A stretch of 42,116 nucleotides of DNA from an uncultured bacterium. GTDB lineage: Bacteria > Armatimonadota > Zipacnadia > Zipacnadales > VGFC01. The notes below the pieces were generated by a model. The model was given only the letters and a program-made list of their open reading frames with translations. It had not been told where the DNA came from and did not search any database. Made by a program: the position numbers and the translations under genes. The stretch is taken from NCBI GenBank assembly GCA_965602825.1, contig CBFDAZ010000001.1, positions 1 through 42,116 of the forward strand, given 5' to 3'. Shown here piece by piece: positions 1 to 8,760 of this stretch; positions within the stretch are counted from its first letter, which is position 1, and each line of letters opens with the position of its first letter.

Positions 1-287
1 GTGAGCCCGACAAGCACAAGATCCAGGGGATCGGGGCCGGGTTCATTCCGGATGTCGTCAAGCGCGACGTGATCGACCGAGTCATGACCGTGTCCGAGGG
101 CGATGCCTTCGAGACGGCGAAGCGGTCGGCGACGGAAGAGGGCCTGTTCATCGGCATCTCGGCCGGAGGGAACGTATGGGCTGCCTGCCAGGTGGCAAAG
201 GAGCTGGGGGAGGGGAAGAACGTGGTGACCGTCCTCTGCGACGGGGGCGAGAAGTACATCAGCGTCGACGAGTTCCGAACGGAGTAG
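1..287 (+). CDS. cysK: Cysteine synthase (O-acetylserine sulfhydrylase), C-terminal part. The 5' end lies outside the window.
   Basis: Frame 3 is open from base 3. The translation EPDKHKIQGIGAGFIPDVV...GISAGGNVWAACQVAKELGEGKNVVTVLCDGGEKYIS matches conserved CysK/CysM C-terminal motifs. Stop TAG at 285-287. Confidence 0.85.
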   Translation, partial: EPDKHKIQGIGAGFIPDVVKRDVIDRVMTVSEGDAFETAKRSATEEGLFIGISAGGNVWAACQVAKELGEGKNVVTVLCDGGEKYISVDEFRTE

Positions 288-293
288 GCAGGA

Positions 294-1610
294 CTACCTC
301 GAGTTCTCCATCCGGGTCAGAACGTCGTCTTCCGGGAACTTCAGGAATGCGGCGAAGGCTAACGCGGCCGCGATGGCCACGGCCAGCCACGAGATGCGTG
401 CCGCCAACGCCGGATCGCCGGCGAAGGCGCCCTGAGCCGCCATGACGATGGCCGAGGCCCCGCCCCACGAGATCTTGACGAAGAACCCCTGAGCCCCGAA
501 GTACATTGCCTCCCGCCGCGAGCCGGTGGTGCGCTCGTCCAGGTCCACCAGGTCCGCCAATATCGCGTTGGGGATGGCGAAGACCACGGCGACGGCGAAG
601 CCGCTGGCGGCGGTCAGGATTCGCGCGTGCGTCAGCGTGTCCATCGGCAGAAGCCCCACGGTCGCCATCAGCCCCGCGGCCACAGCGAGCGATCCGAGCC
701 CCGCGAGCGACACGAGCCTCTTGGAGAAGCGCCGGACCAGCGCGTTCATGATGGCGAACCAGAAGAAGGCCGGCCCAATGGCGAAGGCCAGGAGCAGGCC
801 GCTCTGGACCTCAACATCATCCTCGGCGAACCCAAGCACCCCTCCCACGAAGAACGGCACGATCGCGATGACCGTCCGGATCGCGAGCCAGAAGAGGCAC
901 TTGCTGAGCAGGAAGGTGCGGAACGGCCGGTTGGCCAGTGTCTCCCTCACCGCTCGCACGAGGCCGAACTCGGGCGGCTTCTGCTCTTCGGCGGCGCTCT
1001 CGCGGACGAACAGGGGCAGCATCAGGCAGACGAAGGCCACAACGCATGCGGCCGCTACCGCGACGGGGAAGCTCGTCAGGCCGGCCAGGATCGAGCCGCC
1101 GATCATCGTCACCACTTCAGCCGACAGTCCGAAGCCGGCGATCATGGAGGAGGTCGTGACCCGGTCCTCGTCGGTGCGCGCGATGTCGGGCAGCATGGCC
1201 AGGTAGGGGTTCACGACGACCGAGAAGAGGGTGAAGAAGGTCGTCCCCACGACCAGCAGCCAGACGATGTTCCACATGCTGTCGATGCCGCCGGGCGGCG
1301 TCCAGATCAAGGCGAACGAGACAATCAGCGGGATCGTGCCATAGGCGATGAAGGGGCGCCGGCGGCCCAGGCGGCTCCTGGTGCGGTCGCTCCACCAGCC
1401 GACGATCGGGTCCGAGGGTGCATCCAGAAAGCGCCCGAAGAGCAGCGCGATGCCCACCCAGGCCTTCTGCGCCCCGGTGAACAGCTCGCCATATCGGTAG
1501 TTGGCCCAGAGCAGGAACAGCCCCGACAGCACGCTGACGCCGAAGTAGCCGACGGTGTAGAGGAGCTTGTCGCGGAGGGGGAGGAGGCGTTGATCTGACA
1601 AGCCGATCAC
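294..1610 (-). CDS. MFS transporter, glycoside-pentoside-hexuronide (GPH/MFS_2)-like
   Basis: 438-aa ORF with about 12 hydrophobic spans. It has the GPH-type loop DPIVGWWSDRTRSRLGRRRPFIAYG after TM2. It converges on cysK with only 6 nt between the stop codons. Confidence 0.75.
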   Translation of the reverse strand: MIGLSDQRLLPLRDKLLYTVGYFGVSVLSGLFLLWANYRYGELFTGAQKAWVGIALLFGRFLDAPSDPIVGWWSDRTRSRLGRRRPFIAYGTIPLIVSFALIWTPPGGIDSMWNIVWLLVVGTTFFTLFSVVVNPYLAMLPDIARTDEDRVTTSSMIAGFGLSAEVVTMIGGSILAGLTSFPVAVAAACVVAFVCLMLPLFVRESAAEEQKPPEFGLVRAVRETLANRPFRTFLLSKCLFWLAIRTVIAIVPFFVGGVLGFAEDDVEVQSGLLLAFAIGPAFFWFAIMNALVRRFSKRLVSLAGLGSLAVAAGLMATVGLLPMDTLTHARILTAASGFAVAVVFAIPNAILADLVDLDERTTGSRREAMYFGAQGFFVKISWGGASAIVMAAQGAFAGDPALAARISWLAVAIAAALAFAAFLKFPEDDVLTRMENSR

Positions 1611-1889
1611 TCCGGGGTGGGATCACCTGCGCAGACCGCGGACGACGGCTTGTTCTACCGAGCACGAACCCCGACCTCTGTGTGCGAGGAACGGCGTCGG
1701 GCCTGGAGATGGCTGACCCCTCTGGGCGGAGCCGGAAACGAGGAAGATGACGACGGCCGCCGCAGGCGGCAAGGGTGCCCGCGCTCCCGGGAACGGCCGC
1801 AGGCTGGAAGCCTGCGCCACGCATATCTTCGAGGCAGCCATCCATGCCGCGCTGCGGCACCCGGAAACGATGAAGACAGCCGTTGTGCC

Positions 1890-1909
1890 GGCGGGCTTTC
1901 CAGCCCGCC
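1890..1909 (-). terminator. GC-rich hairpin 14 nt downstream of the selA stop; possible intrinsic terminator without a U-tract
   Basis: GGCGGGC (1890-1896) pairs with GCCCGCC (1903-1909) around a 6-nt loop. No T-run follows on the minus strand, so support is weak. Confidence 0.3.
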
Positions 1910-1921
1910 ATGTGGCGCTTT

Positions 1922-3343
1922 TCAGGCGGTGCTTCCCGCGGCGAGCCCCGCGAATGCCTGCCCGAACAGGGCCTCCTCGCCCGGAAGCACCGTCTTGGCG
2001 TCGATGAGCACGCGGTCGTCGCGGATACGGGTGAAGATCGGGGGCTCGGAGAGGCGCAGGCGGCGGGCCAGCTCCTCGGCCGACATGCCGGGCACCCGGA
2101 GGGAGACGACCTTCGTGGGGATCGCCTCAGTGGGCGCCGAGCCGCTGCCCACCTGGGCCTGGGAGCTGTTGACGACGACGCTCGCCTGCGGGGCCGCCCT
2201 GCGGATGCGACGGGCGATGCGTGAGGCGCGGCGGGCGACGCGATCAAGGGGCTCAGTGAGCATCCGAAGCGTCGGATTCGTCTGCAGCAGCGTGTCGGGA
2301 TCGAGGTAGAGACGCAGCGTCGTCTCGAGGACGATCAACGTCAGCTTGTCCACGCGCACTGCGCGGAAGAGCGGGCTCTGCTTGATATGCCCAACCAGGT
2401 CGCTGCGGCCGAGGATGAAGCCTCCCTGGCAGCCGCCGGCCAGCTTGTCGGCGCTGGCGCACACGATGTCGGCCCCGGTCTCGACGCTCTGGGGGGCCGT
2501 TGGCTCATCCGGGAAGCCGTGGGGCGCCAGGTCGATCAACGCTCCGGAACCGATGTCATCCATCACCGGCAAGTGATGCCGGCGGCCCAGCTCCACCAGG
2601 TCCCCCAGCGGCACCTGCTCCGTGAAGCCGACGATCTTGAAGTTGCTGGCGTGCACGCGCAGGAGCAGCGCGGTCTCTTCATTGATAGCCGCCTCGTAGT
2701 CGGGAAGGCGCGTCTTGTTGGTCGTGCCGACCTCGCGCATGATGGCGCCGCTCTGGGCCATGATCTCGGGGATGCGGTATGACCCGCCGATCTCCACGAG
2801 CTGCCCGCGGGAAACGACCACCTCGCCACCCCTGGCCAGCGCATCGAGAGAGACCAACGTTGCGGCCGCATTGTTGTTGACGACGGTGGCGGCCTCGGCG
2901 CCCGTGAGCTCACACAGGAGCTTGCCGATGGCGGCGTCCCGATGGCCCCGCTTACCGGTATCGCGCACCGTCTCGAGAAGGCAGTAGCCTTTGGCCTCCT
3001 CGGCGATCGCGCGAAGTGCGGCCTCGGGGAGTACCGAGCGACCGAGTCCGGTGTGGATGATGACGCCGGTGGCGTTGATGACGTGCCGACAGGCGGGCCG
3101 GGCCATTGCGGTGAGGGTCTTCAGGACGGCCTCGGCCAAATCGTCGGGAGTCGGCACCTCATCGCGCTCGCCCGACAGCACCGCGCTGCGGACCCGATCG
3201 AGGGTTGCGCGGATCGCGCTGGTGGCCAGTGCACGGCCAGCCGCCGCCTTCGCGTCGGATAGCTTCTCGAGTTGGAGCATGTCGTTGACGGAAGGCAGGC
3301 CGCGGAGAAGGTCGCGGCGGTTCTCAGCCTTGTCATCAGCCAT
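1922..3343 (-). CDS. selA: L-seryl-tRNA(Sec) selenium transferase (selenocysteine synthase)
   Basis: 473 aa, colinear with E. coli SelA by eye. Shared motifs are INATGVIIHTGLGRS, VVNNNAAA, VVVSRGQLVEIGGSYRIPE, VGTTNKT and the PLP-lysine motif SADKLAGGCQGG (E. coli SGDKLLGGPQAG). Confidence 0.9.
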   Translation of the reverse strand: MADDKAENRRDLLRGLPSVNDMLQLEKLSDAKAAAGRALATSAIRATLDRVRSAVLSGERDEVPTPDDLAEAVLKTLTAMARPACRHVINATGVIIHTGLGRSVLPEAALRAIAEEAKGYCLLETVRDTGKRGHRDAAIGKLLCELTGAEAATVVNNNAAATLVSLDALARGGEVVVSRGQLVEIGGSYRIPEIMAQSGAIMREVGTTNKTRLPDYEAAINEETALLLRVHASNFKIVGFTEQVPLGDLVELGRRHHLPVMDDIGSGALIDLAPHGFPDEPTAPQSVETGADIVCASADKLAGGCQGGFILGRSDLVGHIKQSPLFRAVRVDKLTLIVLETTLRLYLDPDTLLQTNPTLRMLTEPLDRVARRASRIARRIRRAAPQASVVVNSSQAQVGSGSAPTEAIPTKVVSLRVPGMSAEELARRLRLSEPPIFTRIRDDRVLIDAKTVLPGEEALFGQAFAGLAAGSTA

Positions 3344-3411
3344 TCGTAGCCACCTCGTTCAGACGCTGGCGACACGATGCGGTGAGTGCGGGCCCCCGGG
3401 CAGCGTTCGCC

Positions 3412-4209
3412 TCACCCGCTGACGGCGAGCCCGGGGAAGACGGCCTCGGCGTTGTCTGTGGTTGCGAGGGCCAACTGCGCGACTGGTACCTTGCGCACCT
3501 CCGCGACCTTTGCCGCGGTGTCCGTCAGGAATGCGGGCTCATTGCGCTCCCGGCCGCGGCTCTTCGGCGTGAGCCAGGGGCAGTCGGTCTCAAGGAGCAG
3601 TCGATCGAGCGGGACTGAGGTGGCGACGCTGCGCAATTCGTCGGCATTGGTGTACGTGACGGGACCGTCGATGCCAATGGCGAAGCCGAGCTTCAGCGCT
3701 GCGTCCAGCCAGGGCATGCCGCCCGAGTAGCAGTGCAGGACGCCGCCGATCTCCGCTGCTCCGTCTTCGTGCAGGATCGTCAGCACCTCTTCGTGGGCGT
3801 CGCGGTCGTGGATGACGAGCGGCAGATTGACGTCGCGCGCAAGGCCGATCAGGCGGCGGAAGGCATCGGCCTGGCTCGGGCGCGGGGAGAGGTCGCGGTA
3901 GAAATCGAGGCCGGTCTCGCCGACGGCCACGACCTTCGGGTGAGTGCAGAGGGCCCTGAACTCGGCGAGCAGCTCCGGGCTGAGGTCCTTCGCGTCATGC
4001 GGGTGCAGGCCAACAGTGGCGTACAGGCCGTCGTGCTGTTCGGCGAGATCGATGGCGAGGCGGCTGGTCGCCAGATCGTAGCCGACATTGATGATCGTGG
4101 ACACCCCGGCGCGACGCGCCCGCTCGATCGCCTGTCGGCGGTCGCGCTTGAAGGCGCCGTCGTTCAGGTGCGCGTGGGTGTCGATGAGAGTCGGCTGTGC
4201 CTCGTTCAC
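3412..4209 (-). CDS. tatD: TatD-family metal-dependent hydrolase/DNase
   Basis: LIDTHAHLNDGAF...VGLHPHDAK...ETGLDFYR...VIHDRDAHE...LLETDCPWL are typical TatD motifs. The longest ORF starts at 4269. I prefer GTG 4209-4207, which gives VNEAQPTLIDTHAHL and overlaps the upstream gene's stop as GTGA. Confidence 0.85.
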   Translation of the reverse strand: MNEAQPTLIDTHAHLNDGAFKRDRRQAIERARRAGVSTIINVGYDLATSRLAIDLAEQHDGLYATVGLHPHDAKDLSPELLAEFRALCTHPKVVAVGETGLDFYRDLSPRPSQADAFRRLIGLARDVNLPLVIHDRDAHEEVLTILHEDGAAEIGGVLHCYSGGMPWLDAALKLGFAIGIDGPVTYTNADELRSVATSVPLDRLLLETDCPWLTPKSRGRERNEPAFLTDTAAKVAEVRKVPVAQLALATTDNAEAVFPGLAVSG

Positions 4210-5300
4210 CGCGCGTACTCCCCGTAGACATGCTGCAGCACCCGGAGCTTGCCGTTCTCCTCCGTGCAATCGACGATGCGGAACATCAGGACGCCGCTCG
4301 AGCCGCCGCTGAGGCCCTGGGTGAGCGCGTTCCGGAACTCCTCAGCGTCGACCGGAGCGTCATCGTAGCGCTCCTCGCGCTCGGTGGCCTGGACAATCGG
4401 CCACACGTCGCGCCCGGTCTTCCCGCAGAGATACTCGTTGAATTCGCCGACCCACTCGACGGGCCATCCGCACATCGCGTGGTACGACATCGGGCTGAAG
4501 ACATCCACCACCTCGGCGAGCAATTCGTAATCCTGGGCGATGATCTCGTGAATTGCGTCATCATAGTTCTCTTCGGTCCACGGTACGCAGAAGATGCCCA
4601 GCAGCGCGTCGGGGCGCTCCTGTTTCAGCGCGTCTCTGGCATCGCGGCAGAAGTCGACGATCGTCTGGCACTTGAAGCGCGTCCACTCGTCCTTGTGTTC
4701 GCCCAGAATGGACCGCGCCTTCGTCGCAGCATCGCCGGCGGGCAGCCGGATACGGGTGGCCCGCTCAAAGGCCTGCAGGCACGGGTCGTTGAAGCAGGCT
4801 TGCTCGAGCCTCGGCTGGTGGACCTCCCAGTGGCCGGGATAGCGGATGAAGTCGAGCCACAAGCCGTCGATGTCGTGCTCCCTGGCGAGCTTCCGGACCA
4901 GCTCGATCTTCTCATTCCGGAACCATTCCACATGGGGGCACAGCCCGAGGTACCACTCGTCCTTCTCCTGGCGCTCGCCCTTCTCGTTGATCGGCCAGAG
5001 TTCGGGGTACTTCTCGGCCGTTCCGGCGTCCGCGAACACGCCGAACTCCGCGTAGACCTTGGCGCCCTCGCGGTGACAACGGCGGATCAGATCGTCCGAC
5101 AGCCCTCCATGGCCGATGAAGACGGCGTTGACATGGTAGTCTGAGAGCCGAGCCCCCGCCTTCCAGAGATGTTCGGGTGACCCGAACATCCCCAGACACT
5201 GAATGGCGTCGGCATCAGGCGGCCGGACTTCCACCTCGCCACCCCCTTGCTGAGCGGGTAGGGCCGAGAGTATGAGTGCCATCGCGGTCAGTGGGTACAT
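4206..5300 (-). CDS. Putative secreted TIM-barrel glycoside-hydrolase-like protein (GHL10/DUF187-like)
   Basis: 364 aa with a short N-terminal hydrophobic signal (MYPLTAMALILSALPAQQ). The motif DGLWLDFIRYPGHWE resembles the GHL10 family motif D-G-x-x-L-D-Y-I-R-Y-P. The call rests on motif resemblance only. Confidence 0.55.
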   Translation of the reverse strand: MYPLTAMALILSALPAQQGGGEVEVRPPDADAIQCLGMFGSPEHLWKAGARLSDYHVNAVFIGHGGLSDDLIRRCHREGAKVYAEFGVFADAGTAEKYPELWPINEKGERQEKDEWYLGLCPHVEWFRNEKIELVRKLAREHDIDGLWLDFIRYPGHWEVHQPRLEQACFNDPCLQAFERATRIRLPAGDAATKARSILGEHKDEWTRFKCQTIVDFCRDARDALKQERPDALLGIFCVPWTEENYDDAIHEIIAQDYELLAEVVDVFSPMSYHAMCGWPVEWVGEFNEYLCGKTGRDVWPIVQATEREERYDDAPVDAEEFRNALTQGLSGGSSGVLMFRIVDCTEENGKLRVLQHVYGEYAR

Positions 5301-5304
5301 GACG

Positions 5305-6465
5305 TTACTCCATCATGGCGTTCGCCCACTCCCTGAAGCCGCCCAGGTCGCCCATTCTGGGGATCGGCCAGAACCGGTAGAACGCTCGGCCCCGGATGTT
5401 CTCGATGGGCAGGAAGGGAGCCGGATCGCCGTTGTCTGTCCACTTGCTCGAATCGTTGCTGTTGTTGCGGTTGTCCCCGAACACCAGCACATGGCCTTTC
5501 GGCACGGTGACCGGGCCCCAGGTGTACTCGATGTACCTGTCCGCCAGGTACGGCTCCTCGGCGGTGTAGCCATTGATGAACAGCCGGTGATCCTTGACCT
5601 CCACCATGTCGCCGGGCAGGGCGATCAGGCGCTTGATGAAGTCCTCGCGCTTGCTGTTCGCGGCCCAAGGGCCGTACACGTAGTCCGGCGGCCGAAAGAC
5701 GACGATGTCGCGGCGGCGGAGCTTGCCGTACCGGTAGCTTAGCTTATTGACGAGCAGCCGATCGTTCTCCATCAGCGTGTAGTGCATCGAGCCGGACGGG
5801 ACGTAGTAGGCCTGGATGATGAACGGCCGGATGGCCGCGAAGACGAGCCCGACCTGAGAGGCCGCGGCGAGCATAATGGAGAGAATGAGCATGACCACCG
5901 GCCGTCGCGCGCGCGAGACGATGACGATGGTCCCCGCGGCCTTGTCATGCAGCGTCTGGCGATGCCGATCCCATACGAGCCACAGCGGATCGAAGACGCC
6001 CGGTCCGAGCGGGTTGCCCAGCAGATCGGCGAGGGAGGCCACGATCCCCCTGACCAGCGCCCGTCCCCAGCCGGGCGCACGACCGTCGGGGCCGACCACC
6101 CTGGTGCCGACGAGCAGCTTCCCCAAGGTCTGCCCCCAGAGCGCGGTGGGGACGATGTAGTAGACCAGGAAGGCGATGCTGGCCCAACCGAAGGCGGAGA
6201 GGAAGACGCCGATGCCCGAGCGCTCGCGGGCTTCCATCACGCCGGCCGCATACAGGGCCGGGATCAGAATCACGCCCATGACTGCCTGGTCCGCCAGGTA
6301 CCCGGCGAGGCGTAGAATGCGCGTGGCCAGCCGCGGCGACGGGCAATCGACATCAAGGCGGGCGAGTCGGCCCGAGCACTGAGGGCAGTCACCCGGCTGG
6401 TCACTGTCGGTGCGGGTTACGTAGTGGCACTCGGGGCAGCCAAACCATGCTCTGACGGAAGGCAA
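5305..6465 (-). CDS. lepB: Three-part fusion: N-terminal zinc ribbon, RDD-family membrane domain and signal peptidase I (S26)
   Basis: TTG start at 6465, preceded by AAGGAGG. The N-terminus has CPEC-x15-CPQC. RDD-like features are RLAGYLADQ, GQTLGKLLVGTRVV and HDKAAGTIVIV. The C-terminal half has the SPase I catalytic boxes VPSGSM (Ser) and FIKRLIALPGD (Lys), plus GDNRNNSNDS. Confidence 0.8.
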   Translation of the reverse strand: MPSVRAWFGCPECHYVTRTDSDQPGDCPQCSGRLARLDVDCPSPRLATRILRLAGYLADQAVMGVILIPALYAAGVMEARERSGIGVFLSAFGWASIAFLVYYIVPTALWGQTLGKLLVGTRVVGPDGRAPGWGRALVRGIVASLADLLGNPLGPGVFDPLWLVWDRHRQTLHDKAAGTIVIVSRARRPVVMLILSIMLAAASQVGLVFAAIRPFIIQAYYVPSGSMHYTLMENDRLLVNKLSYRYGKLRRRDIVVFRPPDYVYGPWAANSKREDFIKRLIALPGDMVEVKDHRLFINGYTAEEPYLADRYIEYTWGPVTVPKGHVLVFGDNRNNSNDSSKWTDNGDPAPFLPIENIRGRAFYRFWPIPRMGDLGGFREWANAMME

Positions 6466-6656
6466 GACGCAGGGCTCCTCCTTCGGATCTCGACGGGGAA
6501 CGATATTCGCTGGCCGGGGGCTCGGGGCCTGCAGAGCGGCCCGGCCTGTTCACGAGGAAGACCGCGGGCAGGCCGCTCTTCTGGAAGAGAGCCGGCTCCC
6601 CGCACCCCTCCGGTCACATGCGCCGGGAAGCCCACGGGGTGATGCCCGAGCAAGCG

Positions 6657-6689
6657 AACGCCCCGGTTCGGGGAGCCAACCGGGGCGTT
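6657..6689 (-). terminator. Perfect 12-bp stem hairpin 32 nt downstream of the bamA stop
   Basis: AACGCCCCGGTT (6657-6668) and AACCGGGGCGTT (6678-6689) are exact reverse complements around a 9-nt loop. Only a weak T-containing tail follows on the minus strand. Confidence 0.5.
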
Positions 6690-6720
6690 GGTAGTCAGGC
6701 GGAATCGTGGGGTGGGGCGG

Positions 6721-8628
6721 TCAGAATGTGTGACCGAAGCTGAGATGTACCTCAGAGCCTTCATCCCCTCGACCCATATCGAGACGGAGAGTACCGAACC
6801 CCGTCTTCAGGCGCACCCCTGCTCCCACGCCGAAGTTGGGGTCGAAACTCTCGTGCTCCGCCGGGATGACGAACCCGGGCACTTTGGTGGGGAACTTGCC
6901 GCCCCAGGCATCGCCGATGTCGACGAAGCCCACACCGGTGATCTGCTTGGTGAGCGGCCAACGGTACTCAGCGCTGAAGATCGCCATGTTCTCGCCGCGG
7001 AATCGGTCCTCGGGATAGCCGCGGAGTGTATAAGCGCCGCCGACGGTGAACGACTCGACCAGCGGGACGTCTCCCACCGTGGTCCCCGCCAGCAGGCGGA
7101 CGGCGACCACGTGCTTGCGGGGCGTGACCTTGAGATAGCGCCGCAGATCAATAGAGAGCTTGGTGAAGTCGCTGTCGCCGCCGAAGATCCCGGCTTGCTC
7201 GAGGTAGAGCGAGTTGAAGCCTCCGCGTGTGGGGTCCATTATGATGTCGCGGGTGTCCATCATGGCGCCCAGGGTCACGCTTGAGAGATCCTCTTCGGCC
7301 AGTGGTGCGAAGACGGTCACGGGTAGAAGGGTGTCGCCCGGTTCGGGGCGATCCGGCCGCAGGTCAGGGTTCGACGGCGAACCGGGAATGCGCTTGCGGC
7401 GTCCGCCGAAACCCGGGGGATAGGTCTGGAGGGTCCCGATGGCCCCGGCGCCCGGCGATATCGTGCGGGAGACCTGGAAGAAGGGGTCGGATATCTGCTC
7501 CTGCCTGACTCGCACGCTGACCGAGAGGTCATCGCTCAGGGGACGGCCGAGCGTGAGATTGAAGCCCTTCCGTCGCTCGTCGAACTCGCGGTTGGCCGTG
7601 CTGAAGGAGCCACCCGGGAGGAACTGCCGCCTGCGCTCGGTATCGAAAACATTGACATCCAGGGTCGTGCCTGCTCTGTCCAGGCTTGGCTCGTAGAACC
7701 CGAGCTCGTAGCTCTCACGGCCGCCGAACTCGATCGACGCTTTGATGCGCTCACCACGGCCCCGGAAGTTGGTCTCCTGCGCCGAGACGATGCCGACGAA
7801 GCTCTCAATGGAGCTGTACCCAATGCCCGCGGTCAAGGTGCCGGTACGCTTCTCCTTGACCACGAAGACAACGATGGTTCCGCGCTCCGGGTCTTTGACG
7901 CCCTGGCGGAAGTCGACCTTGACGTCGTCGAACAGATTGAGGTTGTAGATGGCCCGCATGTCGTTCTGTATGGCCTCTTCGTCCAATACGTCCCCGGGCT
8001 TGGCCTTGACCTTGCGCTTGACCACGAAGAGCTTGGTCTTCTTCAGGCCCTCGATGACGACACCCTCGATGAGCCTCTCGCTGATCACGAAGGTGACCAC
8101 GCCGAAGCGGTCGGTGCCGGCCTCGAGGACCGCCGCCATTCGTCTGTGGTCGCCGTAGTACTCCTCGATGTGCCGGGCATCGCGGCTCAGGGTGGTGTTG
8201 TCAATGATCTGTCCGGGCCGACTGACGATGACGTCGAGGAGCTCATCATCGGTGAAGATGGTGTTCCCGACGAAGGTGATCCTCTCGATTCGCTGCTTCT
8301 CGACCACGGAGAAGGTAAGCGTAATGCCCTGATCGCCGGGCTGAACGGTCGCCGCAACGCGCTCGAAGAACCCGAGCTCGATTGCGGCGCGCCGGGCGCT
8401 CTCGAGCTTCGCCTGGTCCTCGGCCGATTGCGGATCGAAGGGATCGCCGACCTTGATGAACTTGTTGATCGCGGCCAGCACCCCGTCCGGCGATACGAAC
8501 CGGCATCCCTCCACCTTGATGTCGGCGATTGTGTTGGCTTGTGACCATGCCGTCTGGCACGCCAACCCGAGGGCCAGGGCGATCGGGATGGCCAGTGCCG
8601 GATGAGACATTCGATGCCGGGAAATCAT
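6721..8628 (-). CDS. bamA: Outer membrane protein assembly factor BamA/Omp85 (POTRA repeats plus beta-barrel)
   Basis: Signal peptide MISRHRMSHPALAIPIALALGLACQTAWSQA. POTRA-like repeats (IADIKVEGCRFVS, IERITFVGNTIFTDDEL, IEGVVIEGLKKTK). Omp85 barrel motifs (GYPEDRFRGENM, DIGDAWG). C-terminal beta-signal ending HLSFGHTF. Start moved from 8736 to ATG 8628, which has GGGAGCGGAG just upstream. Confidence 0.85.
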   Translation of the reverse strand: MISRHRMSHPALAIPIALALGLACQTAWSQANTIADIKVEGCRFVSPDGVLAAINKFIKVGDPFDPQSAEDQAKLESARRAAIELGFFERVAATVQPGDQGITLTFSVVEKQRIERITFVGNTIFTDDELLDVIVSRPGQIIDNTTLSRDARHIEEYYGDHRRMAAVLEAGTDRFGVVTFVISERLIEGVVIEGLKKTKLFVVKRKVKAKPGDVLDEEAIQNDMRAIYNLNLFDDVKVDFRQGVKDPERGTIVVFVVKEKRTGTLTAGIGYSSIESFVGIVSAQETNFRGRGERIKASIEFGGRESYELGFYEPSLDRAGTTLDVNVFDTERRRQFLPGGSFSTANREFDERRKGFNLTLGRPLSDDLSVSVRVRQEQISDPFFQVSRTISPGAGAIGTLQTYPPGFGGRRKRIPGSPSNPDLRPDRPEPGDTLLPVTVFAPLAEEDLSSVTLGAMMDTRDIIMDPTRGGFNSLYLEQAGIFGGDSDFTKLSIDLRRYLKVTPRKHVVAVRLLAGTTVGDVPLVESFTVGGAYTLRGYPEDRFRGENMAIFSAEYRWPLTKQITGVGFVDIGDAWGGKFPTKVPGFVIPAEHESFDPNFGVGAGVRLKTGFGTLRLDMGRGDEGSEVHLSFGHTF

Positions 8629-8760
8629 CTTCTCCGCTCCCTTACTGCATGGGCCCGCGGCAGGTTGGTTTGCGATCCAGGTTACGTCTCGCCCCTCGGA
8701 TGCGCGGGGCAGAGCTGATTCGCCGCGCACCGGCATAGGACCTGCTCCCGAGCACCGGTC

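Noticed and set aside
1742-1831. tRNA-Sec-like start GGAAGATG... with a matching ATCTTC about 85 nt downstream, next to selA; also a possible UCC anticodon loop on the opposite strand
   Set aside because: The plus-strand candidate has no UCA anticodon loop and only 6 acceptor pairs. The minus-strand loop, GCAGG-CTTCCAG-CCTGC, lacks a T-arm (no TTCRA loop), and the D-arm and acceptor geometry does not fit. tRNAscan-SE or ARAGORN would settle it.
1117-2247. Long ORFs antisense to, or out of frame with, the called genes: 1117-2247(-), 627-1598(+), 15317-16387(+), 19763-20950(+), 26152-27339(+), 27743-28930(-), 29256-30191(-), 31460-32944(-), 36671-37966(-), and many Arg/Pro/Gly-rich ones
   Set aside because: Stop codons are rare in off-frames at about 68% GC. 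These translations are R/P/G/A-rich low-complexity sequence with no motifs. In every case the overlapping frame carries clear family signatures.
8629-8736. N-terminal extensions given by the longest ORFs: bamA to 8736, SPOR to 18025, fhaA to 27668, yabR to 35439, the PFP protein to 36041, the kinase to 38029, and the secreted protein to 21232
   Set aside because: Internal starts have Shine-Dalgarno sequences at proper spacing and yield canonical N-termini such as signal peptides or family-typical first residues. The extensions are R/P/G-rich or overlap predicted promoters.
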